A DNA stretch of 63,114 nt, the filler included, from Lenisia limosa (lineage: Eukaryota; Protista; Breviatea): NCBI GenBank assembly GCA_001655205.1. It is 8 parts of 8 records of this genome, joined end to end, with 100 filler letters (N's around TTAATTAATTAA, not from the genome) between each part and the next. Parts side by side here need not be neighbours in the genome. Positions count along the whole stretch, not along the records: positions 61,739 to 63,114 come from LPNZ01001836.1; 7 more parts are not named here. One strand, given 5' to 3'. Position numbers and translations under genes: made by a program. Positions 61,739 to 63,114 of this stretch are shown one piece after another; positions within the stretch are counted from its first letter, which is position 1; every line of letters starts with the position of its first letter. The notes under the pieces were generated by a model. That model was given only the letters and a program-made list of their open reading frames with translations. It made no database searches and was not told the origin of the DNA.

Positions 61739-62900
61739 GCAGCCGCACAATGCAATGCGGTCCGGCCGCTGATGGGGTGGCACGTGCACGGGTCTGCCCC
61801 GTTGTCAAGTAGGCCTGAGGGGGTCATCTTCTACGCACACCGGGTTTGAAGGCCTAATAGACCCAATCAAACCTGATCAGCCCTCCCACATAAAACTGCC
61901 TCTAAATGGCCGCGAGAAGATGCCTCATGCAGCGGGCTCCATGCCCAGCCCTCGGCACTGTTGTCGGCAGCGAGCTCGTCCGCCTTCAGCAGGTCCTGCG
62001 TGGCTGACGTGGCAAGAACAGCCGTCTCAATATCGTTGCTGCTTGGTGATGGGTTGGGGGGGGGGGGATACAGAATACTAAAAACAAAAAAAACGGAGCA
62101 AGATGGCAAACCAGGGAGGCTCGATGGAGAGGTGTCGGGTGTTGAGACCGTTGATATCGCACCCTGCACTCAAACACGCGTTGATGGCGTGAGCATGGCC
62201 TGAGGCTGCTGCTATCTAAGGCATTATGTGCCACGTCATATGCCATGGTTACCATATAATGTCATGGCCAAAAGTCCCCCAAACATGTAGTAGAGACACC
62301 GCGCGGGAGGGGCGAGTTCTGTTGAACGTCACCAGCTCAGTCTCAGTCAGCAACACAGGGTCTATGTCCTCTTCTGCCCCGTCAAAAGCCTCCCCGATCC
62401 AGGCGGGAGGGAGTGCCTGAGTCAGTCATCCACCAACTCAAATCGAGCAACGCCTATTTCAAACAATTTGCAATGGTTGCTTATCAAGAGAGACCAATAG
62501 CCCCAGCGAACCTCATCAAAGACCACCGGACAAGCCAAGGCGTTGTCTCGAATTTTGTTGACTGAAGTTCGAACCTGTTTAAAGTAAACGTTAATGAATG
62601 TTAATCGCAGCAAAACACAGCTGGCCAGGCTGAAATGGCAATTGCTATGCACCCAGAGAAAACTGAAGCCGTCAACACCATGCTCAAATGCTCAGGAATA
62701 AAGACCCATTTGGTCAAGACATCCCTCGCACCACATCAGGAATGGAAGGGTCCAGAGGCTCAACCTCGGGTAACGCAAGCCCCGGCGCTGCAGGGGGATC
62801 TTCCAGGCACTGTTCACCCCAGGGTCTCAGAACCACGGCCGAGCTGGGCATAGCTGAGTGCTGGATGGAGGGGAGAATGGGGGTATGCAGGTGCTGGACA
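61739..62900 (-). CDS. Ankyrin-repeat protein fragment
   Basis: AASGHAHAINACLSAGCDING, WSPLHEASSRGHLEAVL, LLDNGADPCTCHPISGRTALHCAA. Confidence 0.85.
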
Positions 62901-63114
62901 GGAACGCCGGATTCTTGGGGTGTTGTTGAGTCGTAACGCGATAGGAGATGGCGAGCTAAGACATTCTAATATGGTAAGTACAGTTTCATAACTACTTGAT
63001 ATGGGAAAGGTCTAAATAACTAAAACCGCTTCCATTTAAAGCGTGTCTTTACTCAGACTAACCTCATCAGCCACAAGGGCACGTGAGAGGTCCGTTTCTA
63101 ACACCTAAATAGTA

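Noticed and set aside
334-62936. Most ORFs in the supplied six-frame track, especially those reading through X runs
   Set aside because: The genes are spliced, so these ORFs are exon-plus-intron read-throughs, antisense shadows of GC-rich exons (e.g. 38981-39427, 59172-59687, 60460-61053) or artefacts of N runs.
1-63114. Non-standard genetic code, or prokaryotic defence, CRISPR or phage content
   Set aside because: Conserved exons (HECT, ISY1, dynein, HYDIN) translate cleanly in the standard code and HECT ends in TAG. No repeat-spacer arrays, operons or viral hallmark genes were seen.

Overview
This is eukaryotic genomic DNA from an intron-rich flagellated protist or similar microbial eukaryote; the taxon cannot be determined from the sequence. 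It is not one continuous locus. Seven artificial 100-nt spacers (44 N + TTAATTAATTAA + 44 N) join eight separate contigs, so neighbourhood across them is meaningless. Many further N-runs (masking or gaps) hide sequence, often next to G/C homopolymers. Recognisable spliced genes are: a TRIP12/UFD4/UPL3-type HECT E3 ligase, an SLC35-like transporter, a probable DUF229/alkaline-phosphatase-fold protein, a FAM92/CIBAR BAR protein head-to-head with URB1/Npa1, two ankyrin-repeat proteins, ISY1, a disordered protein with KEN/D-box-like motifs, a YCxxxxxGGGW fibrinogen-like motif protein, an axonemal dynein heavy chain and HYDIN. The most interesting biology is inside the introns. (1) An unclassified ~60-190 bp repeat lies in the host gene's sense direction in 12 of 12 scored copies, and in 7 of them it ends exactly on the intron's C-rich tract and AG acceptor. 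One copy sits between 11-bp duplications of the acceptor, which suggests a splice-acceptor-donating, introner-like element. (2) A second unclassified repeat is also sense-biased. (3) There are several MITE families (hAT-like with 8-bp TSDs; Tc1/mariner-like with TA flanks), including nested copies. (4) A 2.4-kb pogo/DDE_1 transposon with its own introns lies inside a HYDIN intron. (5) Splice signals are unusual: GTNNG donors, often followed by G-runs, and poly-C acceptors. All exon calls are manual translations with no RNA evidence, and boundaries are approximate.
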